Shown here: piece after piece, positions 9,552 through 19,811 of the stretch
Layout: every line of letters begins with the position of its first letter
How positions within the stretch are numbered: the first letter of the stretch is position 1
Source: an uncultured Pseudomonadota bacterium
Lineage (GTDB): Bacteria; Pseudomonadota; Alphaproteobacteria; Rs-D84
Assembly (NCBI GenBank): GCA_949296475.1
Contig: CASFOK010000002.1
Location: 10,660 to 74,659, forward strand
DNA: 64,000 bases
Direction: 5' to 3'
The notes under the pieces: model-generated
The model's input: only the letters and a program-made list of their open reading frames with translations
Databases searched by the model: none
What the model was told of the DNA's origin: nothing
Position numbers and translations under genes: made by a program

Positions 9552-10418
9552 TTATTTATCATCTTCACGCAAATTAAAGTGATACAGAATTACATTAGAA
9601 ATATAAACACTTGTCAATGTCCCCATCACGACCGAGAAACTCATCGCCAAAGCAAATTCCTGTAACATTGTACCACCGAATAAATACAAAGCCAACATTG
9701 CCAGCAGCGTTGACAGCCCCGTCATTATGGTTCTGCGAAGCATTTCGTTAACAGATAAATCAATCAAATCGTTCATTGGCATTTTATGATACTTTTTAAT
9801 ATTTTCCTCAATTCTATCATAGTTTACGACTTTATCGTTAATAGAATATCCGACGCCCATCAGTATAACCGCAATTGCCGTTTGATTAAATTCCAGACCT
9901 GTTACCGAAAAGAATCCGAACATTATTATAAAATCCAATACCAGCGACAAGAACGACCCGACGGCGTAACCACCGCGATAACGCACCCATACGTATACAG
10001 ACATCAGCACAAACGAAAATAACACCGCCAATATTCCGCCGCGCACTAATTCGCCGCCGATTTTTGGGCCGACGATTTGTACCTGTGAATATTGAACCCT
10101 GTCACCTAGTATATTTTTTATTTCTGTAACGCGTTGATTCTGTTGCGCATCCGTAGCCCCTTTGGGCAACCCCACGCGCACCAATATAGCCCTATTATTA
10201 TCAATAGATTGTAATTCCGGACTAAATTCTTGCAAATCATGACGCATCTTATCAATGGTATAATCTGCCGATACGGGCGTAACTTCCATAGATATACCGC
10301 CAGCAAAATCAATGCCATAATTCAATCCACGCGTTGCCAAAGACAAAATGGATAAACCAATCAGCAATCCTGAAATCCAGTATGACAGTTTGCGATATTT
10401 CATAAACCTTAGTTTCAT
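9552..10418 (-). CDS. secF: Protein translocase subunit SecF
   Basis: SecF-type TM topology and motifs (GIDFAGG, INDKVVNYDRIEEN). The ATG at 10418 has AAGGTGA 7 nt upstream. Confidence 0.93.
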   Translation of the reverse strand: MKLRFMKYRKLSYWISGLLIGLSILSLATRGLNYGIDFAGGISMEVTPVSADYTIDKMRHDLQEFSPELQSIDNNRAILVRVGLPKGATDAQQNQRVTEIKNILGDRVQYSQVQIVGPKIGGELVRGGILAVLFSFVLMSVYVWVRYRGGYAVGSFLSLVLDFIIMFGFFSVTGLEFNQTAIAVILMGVGYSINDKVVNYDRIEENIKKYHKMPMNDLIDLSVNEMLRRTIMTGLSTLLAMLALYLFGGTMLQEFALAMSFSVVMGTLTSVYISNVILYHFNLREDDK

Positions 10419-10432
10419 AACATTCACCTTAC

Positions 10433-11989
10433 TTAATTTTTAACGTACCCGATTTTTTTGTTTTTACCGTTCATATACCAATCAATGATAACTTTGGACA
10501 ACGATACGCATGTAAACAAAGTCGTCAAAACACCGATAGACAATGTTACAGCGAATCCACGAATTGGACCGGCACCGAATTGGAACAACACTAACGAACA
10601 AATTAAATTCGTTAAATTTCCGTCCAAAACCGCTTTCATAGAACGGTGGAATCCGGCATCAACCGCCCGTAATGGCGTTGACCCCGCCCTTATTTCATCG
10701 CGAATTCGCTCAAACGGTAAAATGTTCGCGTCAACCGCCATACCCAAGGTCAAGACAATTCCGGCAATTCCTGGCAACGTAAGCGTTGCCCCCAACAAAG
10801 CGGACACACCTATAATCATGGCCAAGTTTACAATCAACACGAAACTTGCAATAACACCAAAAGAGCGATAGCAAATTATCATAAATATCATGATAAATAT
10901 CATACCCGCCAAAGACGCAATTTTTCCGGCAGCAATTGTATCAGCCCCCAGTCCTGCGCCGACCGTACGTTCTTCTATTACCTGTAACGGCGCCGGCAGG
11001 GCACCACTGCGTAACAACACCGCCAAATCTTTTGCCCCCTGCAAAGTAAACCCACCTGATATTTGTCCGCGTCCGCCAGGAATCGGCTCACGAATTGTTG
11101 GGGCGGACAAGACCTTGCCGTCCAAAACAATCGCAAAACGTTCGTTTACATGATCTGTTGTAAGTTTTGCAAATTTTCTTGCACCCGTTGCATCAAAGGT
11201 CGTAGTAACGACAGGCATATTATTCTGATCAAAATCAGCCTGTGAATCTTTCAACGATTCCCCTGATACCTCTATACGCGTATACACCGGTATTGTTTGA
11301 TCTGGCGCATCCATAAACGGCAAAAATTCCGTTCCCTTGGGTGCCCGTCCAGACGCCAATTGTTCCTGAGTAACGTTTTCATTTACAAGATGGAACGTCA
11401 TCTTTGCGGTCTGCCCGATTAATTCTTTTATGCGTTCTGGGTTATCAACGCCGGGCAACTGTATAAGAATGTATTTGCCCCCCTGACTTTGAATAGAAGG
11501 CTCTTTCGTACCAAGCGCATCAATACGCCTACGAACGATTTCTATACTGCGAGATAGCGCATCTTGGACCATTTCTGCCTTTGCTTTTTCTGTATACGCA
11601 ACAGTTACCGTCTTGTTATCGGACGAGATATCAACACTGTCGCCCAGAACGCTTCTAAGGCGTCCCTTGGCATCAGATACTTCGCCGTCATCACGAACAA
11701 CCAAAGATACGACACCGTCATTATTACGTAGGTTAGAGAAACGAATTACCCCCTTATCCCTATCAATCAAAGCACTGCGCACTTCTTCATATAGTTGCAT
11801 TCCTTTTTCTTGAAACATTGTATTTGTATCAACTTCTAATAAAAGTTGCGCCCCGCCTTTTAAATCCAACCCCAACGAAATCGGCTGAATCCAAGATGGA
11901 AAATAAGGTGCCAAACTTGGTGCAATCGTCGGCACAGCCAGCAACACGCCAAATACCGCGACAAAAATTATTGCCAGTTTTTTAAACAT
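10433..11989 (-). CDS. secD: Protein translocase subunit SecD
   Basis: LGLDLKGG, a large periplasmic domain and a C-terminal 6-TM region. The ATG at 11989 (MFKKLAIIF) avoids overlap with yajC. Confidence 0.93.
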   Translation of the reverse strand: MFKKLAIIFVAVFGVLLAVPTIAPSLAPYFPSWIQPISLGLDLKGGAQLLLEVDTNTMFQEKGMQLYEEVRSALIDRDKGVIRFSNLRNNDGVVSLVVRDDGEVSDAKGRLRSVLGDSVDISSDNKTVTVAYTEKAKAEMVQDALSRSIEIVRRRIDALGTKEPSIQSQGGKYILIQLPGVDNPERIKELIGQTAKMTFHLVNENVTQEQLASGRAPKGTEFLPFMDAPDQTIPVYTRIEVSGESLKDSQADFDQNNMPVVTTTFDATGARKFAKLTTDHVNERFAIVLDGKVLSAPTIREPIPGGRGQISGGFTLQGAKDLAVLLRSGALPAPLQVIEERTVGAGLGADTIAAGKIASLAGMIFIMIFMIICYRSFGVIASFVLIVNLAMIIGVSALLGATLTLPGIAGIVLTLGMAVDANILPFERIRDEIRAGSTPLRAVDAGFHRSMKAVLDGNLTNLICSLVLFQFGAGPIRGFAVTLSIGVLTTLFTCVSLSKVIIDWYMNGKNKKIGYVKN

Positions 11990-12002
11990 ACCCCGCCCCT
12001 TT

Positions 12003-12305
12003 TTATTCAACACTTGCAACTGCGTTTTTGCTAACTTCTATGACAACGCCCTTTGCAATTTCCAAATCTATTGTCTTTTCATTTACTTTTTTAATTTTAC
12101 CGTAAATACCAGCAGCCAAAACGCGATTCCCAACCTGTAATGAGTTCAGCATTTTTTGATATTCTGCCATACGTTTCTTGTTTGGGCGAACCATAAACAA
12201 ATAAATAATTGCAAAAACAACGACACAGTATAACAACAAACCAGTCCAATCACCACCTGAGGCCACTTGATTTGCGTTATCTACAACAACTGCTGTTTCT
12301 TCCAT
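12003..12305 (-). CDS. yajC: Preprotein translocase subunit YajC
   Basis: Single TM followed by VGNRVLAAGIYGKI; sits immediately upstream of secD-secF. Confidence 0.85.
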   Translation of the reverse strand: MEETAVVVDNANQVASGGDWTGLLLYCVVVFAIIYLFMVRPNKKRMAEYQKMLNSLQVGNRVLAAGIYGKIKKVNEKTIDLEIAKGVVIEVSKNAVASVE

Positions 12306-12391
12306 TTAATTCTCCTTATATTTATCAATGTTGTCAGAATAGTAAAAAAAGCCGATTTTGTAAAGGAAATAGTTATAAAACATCATATGTA

Positions 12392-14131
12392 TTAAATACG
12401 TTCAAACCACGCATCTATATCGGTTAGCGGTATAATTTTATAAACGGGTCTGCCGTGGTTACATTCACCGCCCCGCTCTGTTTTTTCTATATCGCGCAAC
12501 AATGCGTCCATCTGGGCAAAATCTAGTTTTTGCCCCGCCCTTACACTGTGATGACAGGCATAATTTGCCACCTTCAGATGCAATCTTTCATTTAACTGAG
12601 CAGAGTGCCCATATTCCCTAACTTCATCTGCAACGCTATGAAATAAATCTGTCCAATCTAAATCCCAATCTGCCGGCTTTTCAAAAATCGCAATCGCATC
12701 ATCACCAAAAGCATCTATATGCAATCCAGCCTTGCGAATATCATCGGATATAGATAAAACAGCAACTACATCCTCGCTCTTCATATTTATCACAATCGGC
12801 GTTAACAAAGGCTGAACTTTAATTGAATGCGAACGTAGCTTTTCGTACGTTATTCTTTCATGGGCGGCATGTTGGTCAACAATCACCAAAGCATCTGGAC
12901 GTTGACTTAAAACATACTTATTTCCAACCTGACCAATTACGCGTCCCAAAGGCAAATCATATGTATCTTGTTCGTGTATTTCTGCTACAATATCTTTATT
13001 AACAGATTCTTGTTTTTCAGACACCGGAAACATAAATGCACTGTCAGGTGCAAGATGTGGCGACGCAACGTACATAGGTTTAGAAACATCAAAAGTCATT
13101 TTTCTAACCTCTGGCCATATTCGTTCCTGATTGTTTGCTTGTATATTTTGTTTTTCACCCATGGGTTTAGACAAAACATCACGCAGATTTTTAATGATAA
13201 AACCACGAATATGTGAAGGCTCTAAAAAATGCACTTCTGTTTTTGCGGGCGACACATTCACGTCAACGTTTCGCGGGTCCATATCAAGATACAAAGCACA
13301 CAGCGGAAATTCACGTGCATGCATCACATCCATATAAGCCGCCCGTAAAGCACCGACCAATACTTTATCTTTTACAGGACGTCCATTTACAAACAAATAC
13401 TGATCAACAGAAGACGCGCGTCTTAGTGTAGGTTCTGAAATAAAACCGTATAATTTTAACGATTTACTGGATGCAGAAGACGCATCTACAGACAACATAC
13501 GTCCGCGCACATCGTCCCCCATAATGCTTGCTATACGTTCTTGTATATCTTGATTTTTTGGAAATCGCCACTTGTTATTCAAAGTAAACCCGACATCCGT
13601 ACGCGCCATAGCCAATTTTTTTACAACGTCCAAGACAGAAATCATCTCTGCCCGGTCACCGCGCAAGAATTTTAATCTGGCCGGTGTTTTAGAAAATAAA
13701 TTTTTAACTCTGACCCTTGTACCAGCCTCCCAATCCGAAGGTTTTATTTCACCGGTATTGCAATTCAAAGACCAACCATTACTGTCCATTCCGTTGCAAG
13801 TATCTATCGCCATATCTGATACAGATGCAATAGACGGTAATGCTTCGCCACGAAAACCCATAAAATTGATATTTAACAAGTCATCGTCTGGTAACTTAGA
13901 CGTTGCATGCCGGGTAATACTTTTTGCTAAATCTTCGCGCGACATTCCCGAACCGTTATCTATCACGGAAATCAGCGTTCTGCCGCCGTCAATAACATCT
14001 ATCATTATCTGGTCTGCGCCCGCATCCAAGGCATTTTCAATTAATTCTTTTACCACACTGGCGGGTCTTTCTACAACCTCTCCTGCGGCAATTTGATTAA
14101 CTAAAAAATCTGGCAGAAGGCGTACAGGCAT
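12392..14131 (-). CDS. mutL: DNA mismatch repair protein MutL
   Basis: N-terminal GHKL ATPase motif QIAAGEVVERPASVVKELIENALDAGA and a C-terminal dimerisation domain. Confidence 0.95.
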   Translation of the reverse strand: MPVRLLPDFLVNQIAAGEVVERPASVVKELIENALDAGADQIMIDVIDGGRTLISVIDNGSGMSREDLAKSITRHATSKLPDDDLLNINFMGFRGEALPSIASVSDMAIDTCNGMDSNGWSLNCNTGEIKPSDWEAGTRVRVKNLFSKTPARLKFLRGDRAEMISVLDVVKKLAMARTDVGFTLNNKWRFPKNQDIQERIASIMGDDVRGRMLSVDASSASSKSLKLYGFISEPTLRRASSVDQYLFVNGRPVKDKVLVGALRAAYMDVMHAREFPLCALYLDMDPRNVDVNVSPAKTEVHFLEPSHIRGFIIKNLRDVLSKPMGEKQNIQANNQERIWPEVRKMTFDVSKPMYVASPHLAPDSAFMFPVSEKQESVNKDIVAEIHEQDTYDLPLGRVIGQVGNKYVLSQRPDALVIVDQHAAHERITYEKLRSHSIKVQPLLTPIVINMKSEDVVAVLSISDDIRKAGLHIDAFGDDAIAIFEKPADWDLDWTDLFHSVADEVREYGHSAQLNERLHLKVANYACHHSVRAGQKLDFAQMDALLRDIEKTERGGECNHGRPVYKIIPLTDIDAWFERI

Positions 14132-14136
14132 TATGA

Positions 14137-14607
14137 CTAGTCCTTAAATTTTACCTCTAAAATTTCATATTCTTTTTCACCGCTTGGTAATTTTACGATA
14201 CAAGTATCACCAACGCAACGACCGATTAAAGCGCGTCCAACCGGTGAATTACAAGAAATAACCTGCTTACCATCAGATTCTATGTCCGACAAAATGCGAC
14301 ATTGCATTCTGTTTCCATCCTCGTCTTCGGCAACAACGCGCGCCCCAAAGACAACGCGATCGCCAGACAAAGAATCAATATCTATGATTGCGGCATTATT
14401 TATAAAATCTTCTATGAACTGTATTCTTTTATCAATTTGACGCTGTTTTTCCTTGGCAGCGCTGTAATCGGCGTTTTCTGACAAATCGCCCAACGAACGC
14501 GCCCATTGCACCGTTTTTAATATCTCTGGACGTTGAACTTCTTTCAAGTCTTTCAGTTCTTTAATCAGACCGTCAAATCCAGCCCGTGAAATTGGTCTTT
14601 TTTCCAT
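14137..14607 (-). CDS. greA: Transcription elongation factor GreA
   Basis: Coiled-coil motif GDLSENADYSAAKEKQ and a C-terminal FKBP-like domain. Confidence 0.95.
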   Translation of the reverse strand: MEKRPISRAGFDGLIKELKDLKEVQRPEILKTVQWARSLGDLSENADYSAAKEKQRQIDKRIQFIEDFINNAAIIDIDSLSGDRVVFGARVVAEDEDGNRMQCRILSDIESDGKQVISCNSPVGRALIGRCVGDTCIVKLPSGEKEYEILEVKFKD

Positions 14608-14653
14608 ATTCTATTCCTTAATTTCATTAAAATTATAAGCATTCATTTTAATT

Positions 14654-14682
14654 TTGCAATTGTCAATTGAACAATGTATACT
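14654..14682 (+). promoter_or_regulatory. Candidate sigma70-type promoter for the LptF/G-family gene
   Basis: TTGCAA (14654-14659), 17-nt spacer, TATACT (14677-14682). The spacer contains two CAATTG palindromes. Confidence 0.3.
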
Positions 14683-14711
14683 TTTTAATTAGTGGTACAA
14701 ACAGGTAAATA

Positions 14712-15770
14712 ATGGCAAGACCAAAAATTTTAACCCGATTTTTACTAAGACGCTTTTTTTATGGCGTTGGGTTAGTAATGTTGGTCGTATGCGGAATAAT
14801 ATTTGCTGTGACTTTTGTTGAAAGACTGCCATCTAACCCGAACGCAATGGCCGCTTTATCAGAATCATGGATAAGATTACTTGAATATGTGCCGTTATTT
14901 CTTCCGCTTGCTGTATTTATGGGAACATTATTGGCATCATATAACCTGACCAAATCAAGCGAAAAAATAATAATCGCATCTGCCGGATTATCACCATACC
15001 AAATGGCAAAACCGTTTTTAATTGGGGCGGCCTTGATTGGCATCATTGCAACGACATTAATAAACCCCTATTCTGTAAGCCTAAGCGCAAAAAACATAAC
15101 CTCTGACCACCTAATGTTAATTGACGATGCAATCTGGTTACGGGAAGCGTCGGATAATGGTTATATAACCATGAACGCCAAAAAGATGCATAAATCAGGC
15201 GACATTTTATTATTTGAAGATGCAACTATATATCTGCAAGACCAAACCTTCAAGGTACATCAACGCGTAGAGGCAGAAACAATTACATTATCTGATGCCG
15301 GTCTTGACGCAACAAATGCAACATCATGGGACGATAACGGAATACCAACCAAGACCAGTTGGCACAAAGAAACTTTATTAACCCCGCAAACCGTATTAGA
15401 CCGTTATTTACAACCCGATCAAATTTCTTTTTGGGAATTACCAAAATTTATAAAAAAGATGCAAAGCATTGGGGTTCCCGTCCGTGGACATCTTGTTCAA
15501 CTATGGACGCTATTATTTCTTCCTTTGACTATGGTTGCCATGGCGACTTTGGGTGTTGCGTTTTCTCAAACGCACCAACGCAGAAATTATAGTTTCGGCA
15601 TAAAATTTGGCACGGGTGTGATAACGTGCTTTGCCTTATATTTTATGATAAATATGTTTAATGTTTTTGGATCTACTGGTATTTTGCCGCCATTACTAGC
15701 AATTGTGGCACCGCCACTTATCATAATTGCCGCCGCAGGCGCATTCATTGCAAGTTTTGACACAATATAA
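14712..15770 (+). CDS. LPS export ABC transporter permease, LptF/LptG family
   Basis: 352 aa with 6-TM YjgP/YjgQ-type topology and a central periplasmic beta-jellyroll region. I cannot separate LptF from LptG by eye. Confidence 0.8.
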   Translation: MARPKILTRFLLRRFFYGVGLVMLVVCGIIFAVTFVERLPSNPNAMAALSESWIRLLEYVPLFLPLAVFMGTLLASYNLTKSSEKIIIASAGLSPYQMAKPFLIGAALIGIIATTLINPYSVSLSAKNITSDHLMLIDDAIWLREASDNGYITMNAKKMHKSGDILLFEDATIYLQDQTFKVHQRVEAETITLSDAGLDATNATSWDDNGIPTKTSWHKETLLTPQTVLDRYLQPDQISFWELPKFIKKMQSIGVPVRGHLVQLWTLLFLPLTMVAMATLGVAFSQTHQRRNYSFGIKFGTGVITCFALYFMINMFNVFGSTGILPPLLAIVAPPLIIIAAAGAFIASFDTI

Positions 15771-15781
15771 AAGGGAATCAT

Positions 15782-15913
15782 ATGCCACTGCGAAAAAAGA
15801 AAAACATCAGAAATAAAATTATTATATGGTCAATCATCGTGGTACTGTTGGTATTAATGATAATATCATTTCCGGCTGCACAAAATGTTACTGAAATAGT
15901 GTTATATCCATGA
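15782..15913 (+). CDS. Small (43 aa) single-pass membrane protein; not in the ORF track
   Basis: The ATG at 15782 is preceded by AAGGGA. Sequence MPLRKKKNIRNKIIIWSIIVVLLVLMIISFPAAQNVTEIVLYP; its TGA overlaps the xerD ATG (ATGA at 15910-15913). Confidence 0.4.
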   Translation: MPLRKKKNIRNKIIIWSIIVVLLVLMIISFPAAQNVTEIVLYP

Positions 15914-16776
15914 AATATATAGACATTTTTTTAGAAGCGCTATCCGCCGAAAAAGGACGCGGGCAAAAAACCTTGGAAAGTTATGCCAGCGATTTACGTC
16001 ATGCTGACTCTCAAATTCCTGGGGGACTAATGCACGCAACGAACGAATCGGTTCAAGCATATTTATCCAATCTACCAGACAAACCGTCTTCCATTGCACG
16101 CAAGGCCAGTGCCTTGCGCGGTTTTTACAAATTTTTAATGTTAGAAAAAATAATCAGTGAAAACCCAACCGCAAATTTAGAATTACCAAAACGAAACCGT
16201 TCTTTACCAAAGTTCTTGTCTGTTGAAGAAATAGAATTGCTTATTTCGTCTGCTGGCGACATAAAAACATCTGTGCGTCTGCGCGCAATGATAGAATTAC
16301 TTTATGCATCCGGACTGCGCGTATCAGAATTATGCGAATTACCTATGACTGCGTTTCTTGGTGACAAATTGCTAATACACGGCAAAGGCGCCAAAGAACG
16401 AATCGTTCCTATGCACGAACGCGCAATAGCGGCACTGGAAAAATGGTTATCAATTCGTGACGACGAGAAATCAAAATACGTATTTCCATCAAACAGTAAA
16501 ACAGGTCATATAACGCGTGACGGTTTTTTCAAGATACTAAAAAAATGCGCTGTTCTTGCTGGCATTGACCCGCATCGTGTCAGCCCGCATGTATTACGAC
16601 ATTCTTTTGCATCACATCTGCTTGCAGGCGGGGCCAACCTACGCGCGATACAAACTATGCTTGGGCACGAAGACATTTCAACGACACAAATATACACACA
16701 CGTTTTACCGGAACAATTACGTGAAACAGTACAATCGCATCACCCGCTGGGTAAACTAAAGGATTCCAACTTATGA
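15910..16776 (+). CDS. xerD: Tyrosine recombinase XerD (XerC/XerD family)
   Basis: Catalytic signature LRHSFASHLL...GANLRAIQTMLGHEDISTTQIYTHV and ASGLRVSEL. Confidence 0.8.
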   Translation: MKYIDIFLEALSAEKGRGQKTLESYASDLRHADSQIPGGLMHATNESVQAYLSNLPDKPSSIARKASALRGFYKFLMLEKIISENPTANLELPKRNRSLPKFLSVEEIELLISSAGDIKTSVRLRAMIELLYASGLRVSELCELPMTAFLGDKLLIHGKGAKERIVPMHERAIAALEKWLSIRDDEKSKYVFPSNSKTGHITRDGFFKILKKCAVLAGIDPHRVSPHVLRHSFASHLLAGGANLRAIQTMLGHEDISTTQIYTHVLPEQLRETVQSHHPLGKLKDSNL

Positions 16777-17276
16777 TAAAAAAATGTGACCACCCAGGAT
16801 GCACCAAGGCGGGCACCTGTCGTGCGCCTAAAACGCGCGAACTAAAAGATTATTGGTTCTTTTGCCAAGAACATGCAGCCGAATATAATAAAAATTGGAA
16901 TTATTATGCCGATATGACCCCGGAAGAGATAGAAGCCGATTGGGAAACACAAGTATTTGGTTCTCCATTAAAAGATAAAAACAAAGCCAACGCGGACAAG
17001 GCAGATTATATAAATTTCCTAAACGATTTTCTGACGGGGCGTAATACATTTGATAAAACCCCACCTAAAACAAAAACGCCGACGAATGTTGTATCTGCAC
17101 TGAAAGTGTTTGATTTGCCAATAAGTGCGACTTGGCGCGAAATTTCCGCTAGATATAGAGCCCTTGCAAAAAAACACCATCCCGATACAGCAAAAGACAA
17201 AAAAAATGCAGAAAAAGAATTTACAAAAATTTCCACTGCATACGAAGTATTAAAAAAACATTTCGGGAAAAAATAA
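16773..17276 (+). CDS. J-domain protein with an N-terminal Cys-rich region
   Basis: C-terminal J domain with HPD (YRALAKKHHPDTAKD...AYEVLKK). N-terminal CDHPGC...C...C. ATGA overlap with xerD. Confidence 0.8.
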   Translation: MIKKCDHPGCTKAGTCRAPKTRELKDYWFFCQEHAAEYNKNWNYYADMTPEEIEADWETQVFGSPLKDKNKANADKADYINFLNDFLTGRNTFDKTPPKTKTPTNVVSALKVFDLPISATWREISARYRALAKKHHPDTAKDKKNAEKEFTKISTAYEVLKKHFGKK

Positions 17277-17277
17277 A

Positions 17278-17300
17278 GGCCTGTATCTAAACAGGTCTTT
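17278..17300. terminator. Weak hairpin between the convergent J-domain gene and trxB
   Basis: ggcctgt-atctaa-acaggtc followed by tttattt. Confidence 0.4.
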
Positions 17301-17302
17301 AT

Positions 17303-18214
17303 TTATCCGCGGGAATTAAGATACGCAATTGCGTCCATTCCGGCGCTGCACCCTGTTCCAACTGCTGTGGCGATTTGCATTTTAATACCAGATTGCACAT
17401 CGCCTGCGACGAACATTCCATCAGGTAACTCTGACGGGATTAATCGTCCCATGTCATCGCGCTTTATATCTTCTGACAAATAATCTGTATTTGCTTCGTG
17501 TCCAATGGCTACAAATAAACCGTCACAAACGATTTCTGTATCATCTGTTGTAGTTACGACCAATTTATCTGTGTCTTTAACTGGTGCGATTTTCTTTAAA
17601 TCGGTGTTAAATAAACACTCTATATTTTCACGTTCTGCAACGCGATTACGCAATACAGCCTCTGCCCTGGTAAAAGCGCCCTTGCGATACACAATCTTTA
17701 CGTTTTTTGCAATATCTGCCAGATAAAGCGCATCATTTAACGCCGAATTTCCGCCGCCCATAACAATGACATCTTTATACGCATAAAAGAATCCATCACA
17801 CGTTGCACAATAAGAAACGCCCTTGCCAAATAATTCGCGTGCACCTTCTATTTCTAATTTGCGCGGCGAAGCCCCTGTGGCAATTATCACGGTTTTGCCA
17901 ACGTACCTTTTACCGCTATTTGCCAAAATATTAAAAGCACTTTCTGCATCACCAGAAATATTTTTTGCAGTATCAAAAACAATTTCTGCACCGAACGTTT
18001 CGGCCTGATTTTTTATAAATTCCGCCAATTCTTGTCCGCTGCCCTTCCAGCCCGGATAATTTTCCAACACAGCAATTCCGGCAGTTTGACCGCCTAATCT
18101 ATCGCCACCCAGTACCAACGTTTTTTTCCCCGCACGCGCGCAATACAGCGCTGCTGTCAATCCAGCGGGTCCGGACCCTAAAATTATAACGTCGTGCATA
18201 ACGATGTCATTCAT
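17303..18214 (-). CDS. trxB: Thioredoxin-disulfide reductase
   Basis: FAD motif GSGPAG, redox-active CATCDG and NADPH motif GGGNSA. Confidence 0.93.
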   Translation of the reverse strand: MNDIVMHDVIILGSGPAGLTAALYCARAGKKTLVLGGDRLGGQTAGIAVLENYPGWKGSGQELAEFIKNQAETFGAEIVFDTAKNISGDAESAFNILANSGKRYVGKTVIIATGASPRKLEIEGARELFGKGVSYCATCDGFFYAYKDVIVMGGGNSALNDALYLADIAKNVKIVYRKGAFTRAEAVLRNRVAERENIECLFNTDLKKIAPVKDTDKLVVTTTDDTEIVCDGLFVAIGHEANTDYLSEDIKRDDMGRLIPSELPDGMFVAGDVQSGIKMQIATAVGTGCSAGMDAIAYLNSRG

Positions 18215-18490
18215 CTAAAAACTCCTGTTTATCTTTTCGGGCTTAGCATAACACAATCGGTATTATTTCGCAATTTTTTTATATTGTTATATATTTCAAG
18301 GCTTTTTTATTGATTTTTTTACCGTCTTGGTTTACCATTAAAATTATGAATACTATATATATCTTATTAAACAAAGAATCATCCCCATTTGGGGTGCTAC
18401 GTTAATTATTATAAAAAGTACTTAATACCGCGATTTTTTTCGCATAAAAACAAACAATCATAAATATATAAATAATTAAGGATATATAAT

Positions 18491-19771
18491 ATGTTGGATA
18501 TCAAATTCATTCGCGAAAACCCAGACGCAGTAAAAAACGCCTGTAAAGTAAAAGGCTTTCCAGACAATACTGACGAAATTTTAGCATTAGATACGCGCGT
18601 CAGGGAATTAAAGACACTTACCCAAACGAAAACCGCCGAAAAGAATAAAATAACGCGCGAAATTCCAACTGCAACAGATAAGGCGCCTTTGATTGCCGCA
18701 TCAAAAACAATCGGCGAAGAAATTGCCAATGAATTGACAGAATTATCAGAAAAAGAAGCACAACTAAACGACTTGTTACATCGCGTTCCGCAAATTCCAA
18801 GTCCCGATGCACCAATTGGTCCAGACGAAAGCGCAAACGTTGAAATTCGTCGTGTTGGTGAACCAAAAAAATTTGACTTTACCCCGCGCGCCCAATGGGA
18901 TTTATTAGATATGAACGACTGGTGGGCACCGGAAAAAATAGCACAAATATGTGGTACGCGTACATATTGCTTAAAAGGCGAAGCCGCAGAATTACAATTG
19001 GCTATTGAAACGTATGTTATCAAGAAACTGATTTCCAAGGGCTTTACATTTATTGAATGTCCTGCAATTACAAAGCCGCAAACGATATTTGACGCAGGTC
19101 ACTTTATGGGTTCCGATTTATCTGTAATGAATAATGACGTATTTATGTTAACAGATACAGATAGATGCTTGGCTGGTACAGCAGAAATCATTTTAAATTC
19201 TTTACACAGCGGCGAGATTCTTGCAGAAAACGCACTGCCTATAAAATACGCCGGATTTTCACCGTGCTTTCGCAAAGAAGCCGGTGCCGCAGGTCGCGAC
19301 ACCAGGGGCTTGGCCAGATTTCATCAGTTTAACAAGGTTGAACAATATATATACTGCAAACCAGAACAATCTGATGAAATGCACGAGCATTTATTAAATA
19401 ACTTATGCGAAATTATGGAAGATTTAGAATTACCATATCGTGTAATTGCTAACTCAACCGGTGACATGGGTTTTAATAAAGTAAAAATGAACGACGTAGA
19501 AGCGTGGGTTCCAAGTGAAAATGCATATAAAGAACTTGGCAGTTGTTCGTCAATTGGTACGTTCCAAGCACGCCGAACGAATACCAGATATCGTGAAAAC
19601 GCAACTGGTGAAGTTAAATATGTCGCAACATTAAACAACACAGGTATTGCAGTACCGCGTGCATTGGTACCTATTCTTGAAAATCACCAGAACGCAGACG
19701 GTTCTGTAAATATACCGAAAAAATTACAACCACTGATGGACGGCAGAACCAAGATTGGCGGAAAGCATTAA
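18491..19771 (+). CDS. serS: Serine--tRNA ligase
   Basis: N-terminal coiled-coil arm plus class II motifs (FRKEAGAAGRDTRGL.R.HQF.KVE; GTGIAVPR). Confidence 0.96.
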   Translation: MLDIKFIRENPDAVKNACKVKGFPDNTDEILALDTRVRELKTLTQTKTAEKNKITREIPTATDKAPLIAASKTIGEEIANELTELSEKEAQLNDLLHRVPQIPSPDAPIGPDESANVEIRRVGEPKKFDFTPRAQWDLLDMNDWWAPEKIAQICGTRTYCLKGEAAELQLAIETYVIKKLISKGFTFIECPAITKPQTIFDAGHFMGSDLSVMNNDVFMLTDTDRCLAGTAEIILNSLHSGEILAENALPIKYAGFSPCFRKEAGAAGRDTRGLARFHQFNKVEQYIYCKPEQSDEMHEHLLNNLCEIMEDLELPYRVIANSTGDMGFNKVKMNDVEAWVPSENAYKELGSCSSIGTFQARRTNTRYRENATGEVKYVATLNNTGIAVPRALVPILENHQNADGSVNIPKKLQPLMDGRTKIGGKH

Positions 19772-19797
19772 AAAACGGGGTAAACCCCGTTTTTTTA
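19772..19797. terminator. Intrinsic terminator (bidirectional form) after serS
   Basis: aaaaacgggg-taaa-ccccgttttttt. Confidence 0.8.
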
Positions 19798-19811
19798 CAG
19801 ATATTGCGAAT

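Noticed and set aside
13572-14096. 174-aa ORF on the plus strand
   Set aside because: It lies entirely antisense to mutL, whose homology is unmistakable. The composition is low-complexity and Ser/Ile-rich, as is typical of a shadow ORF.
15910-16776. The tyrosine recombinase as the integrase of a mobile element
   Set aside because: It has the full XerC/XerD signature. It is translationally coupled to its housekeeping neighbours on both sides, and there are no flanking att-like repeats or cargo genes.
18215-18490. The 276-bp leader upstream of serS as a T-box or riboswitch
   Set aside because: I could find no specifier/T-box consensus and no terminator/antiterminator alternative structure. 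The region is a simple AT-rich divergent promoter spacer between trxB and serS.
18409-19038. 209-aa ORF on the minus strand, overlapping the serS start and its upstream region
   Set aside because: It is antisense to serS for most of its length, and the serS call is secure.
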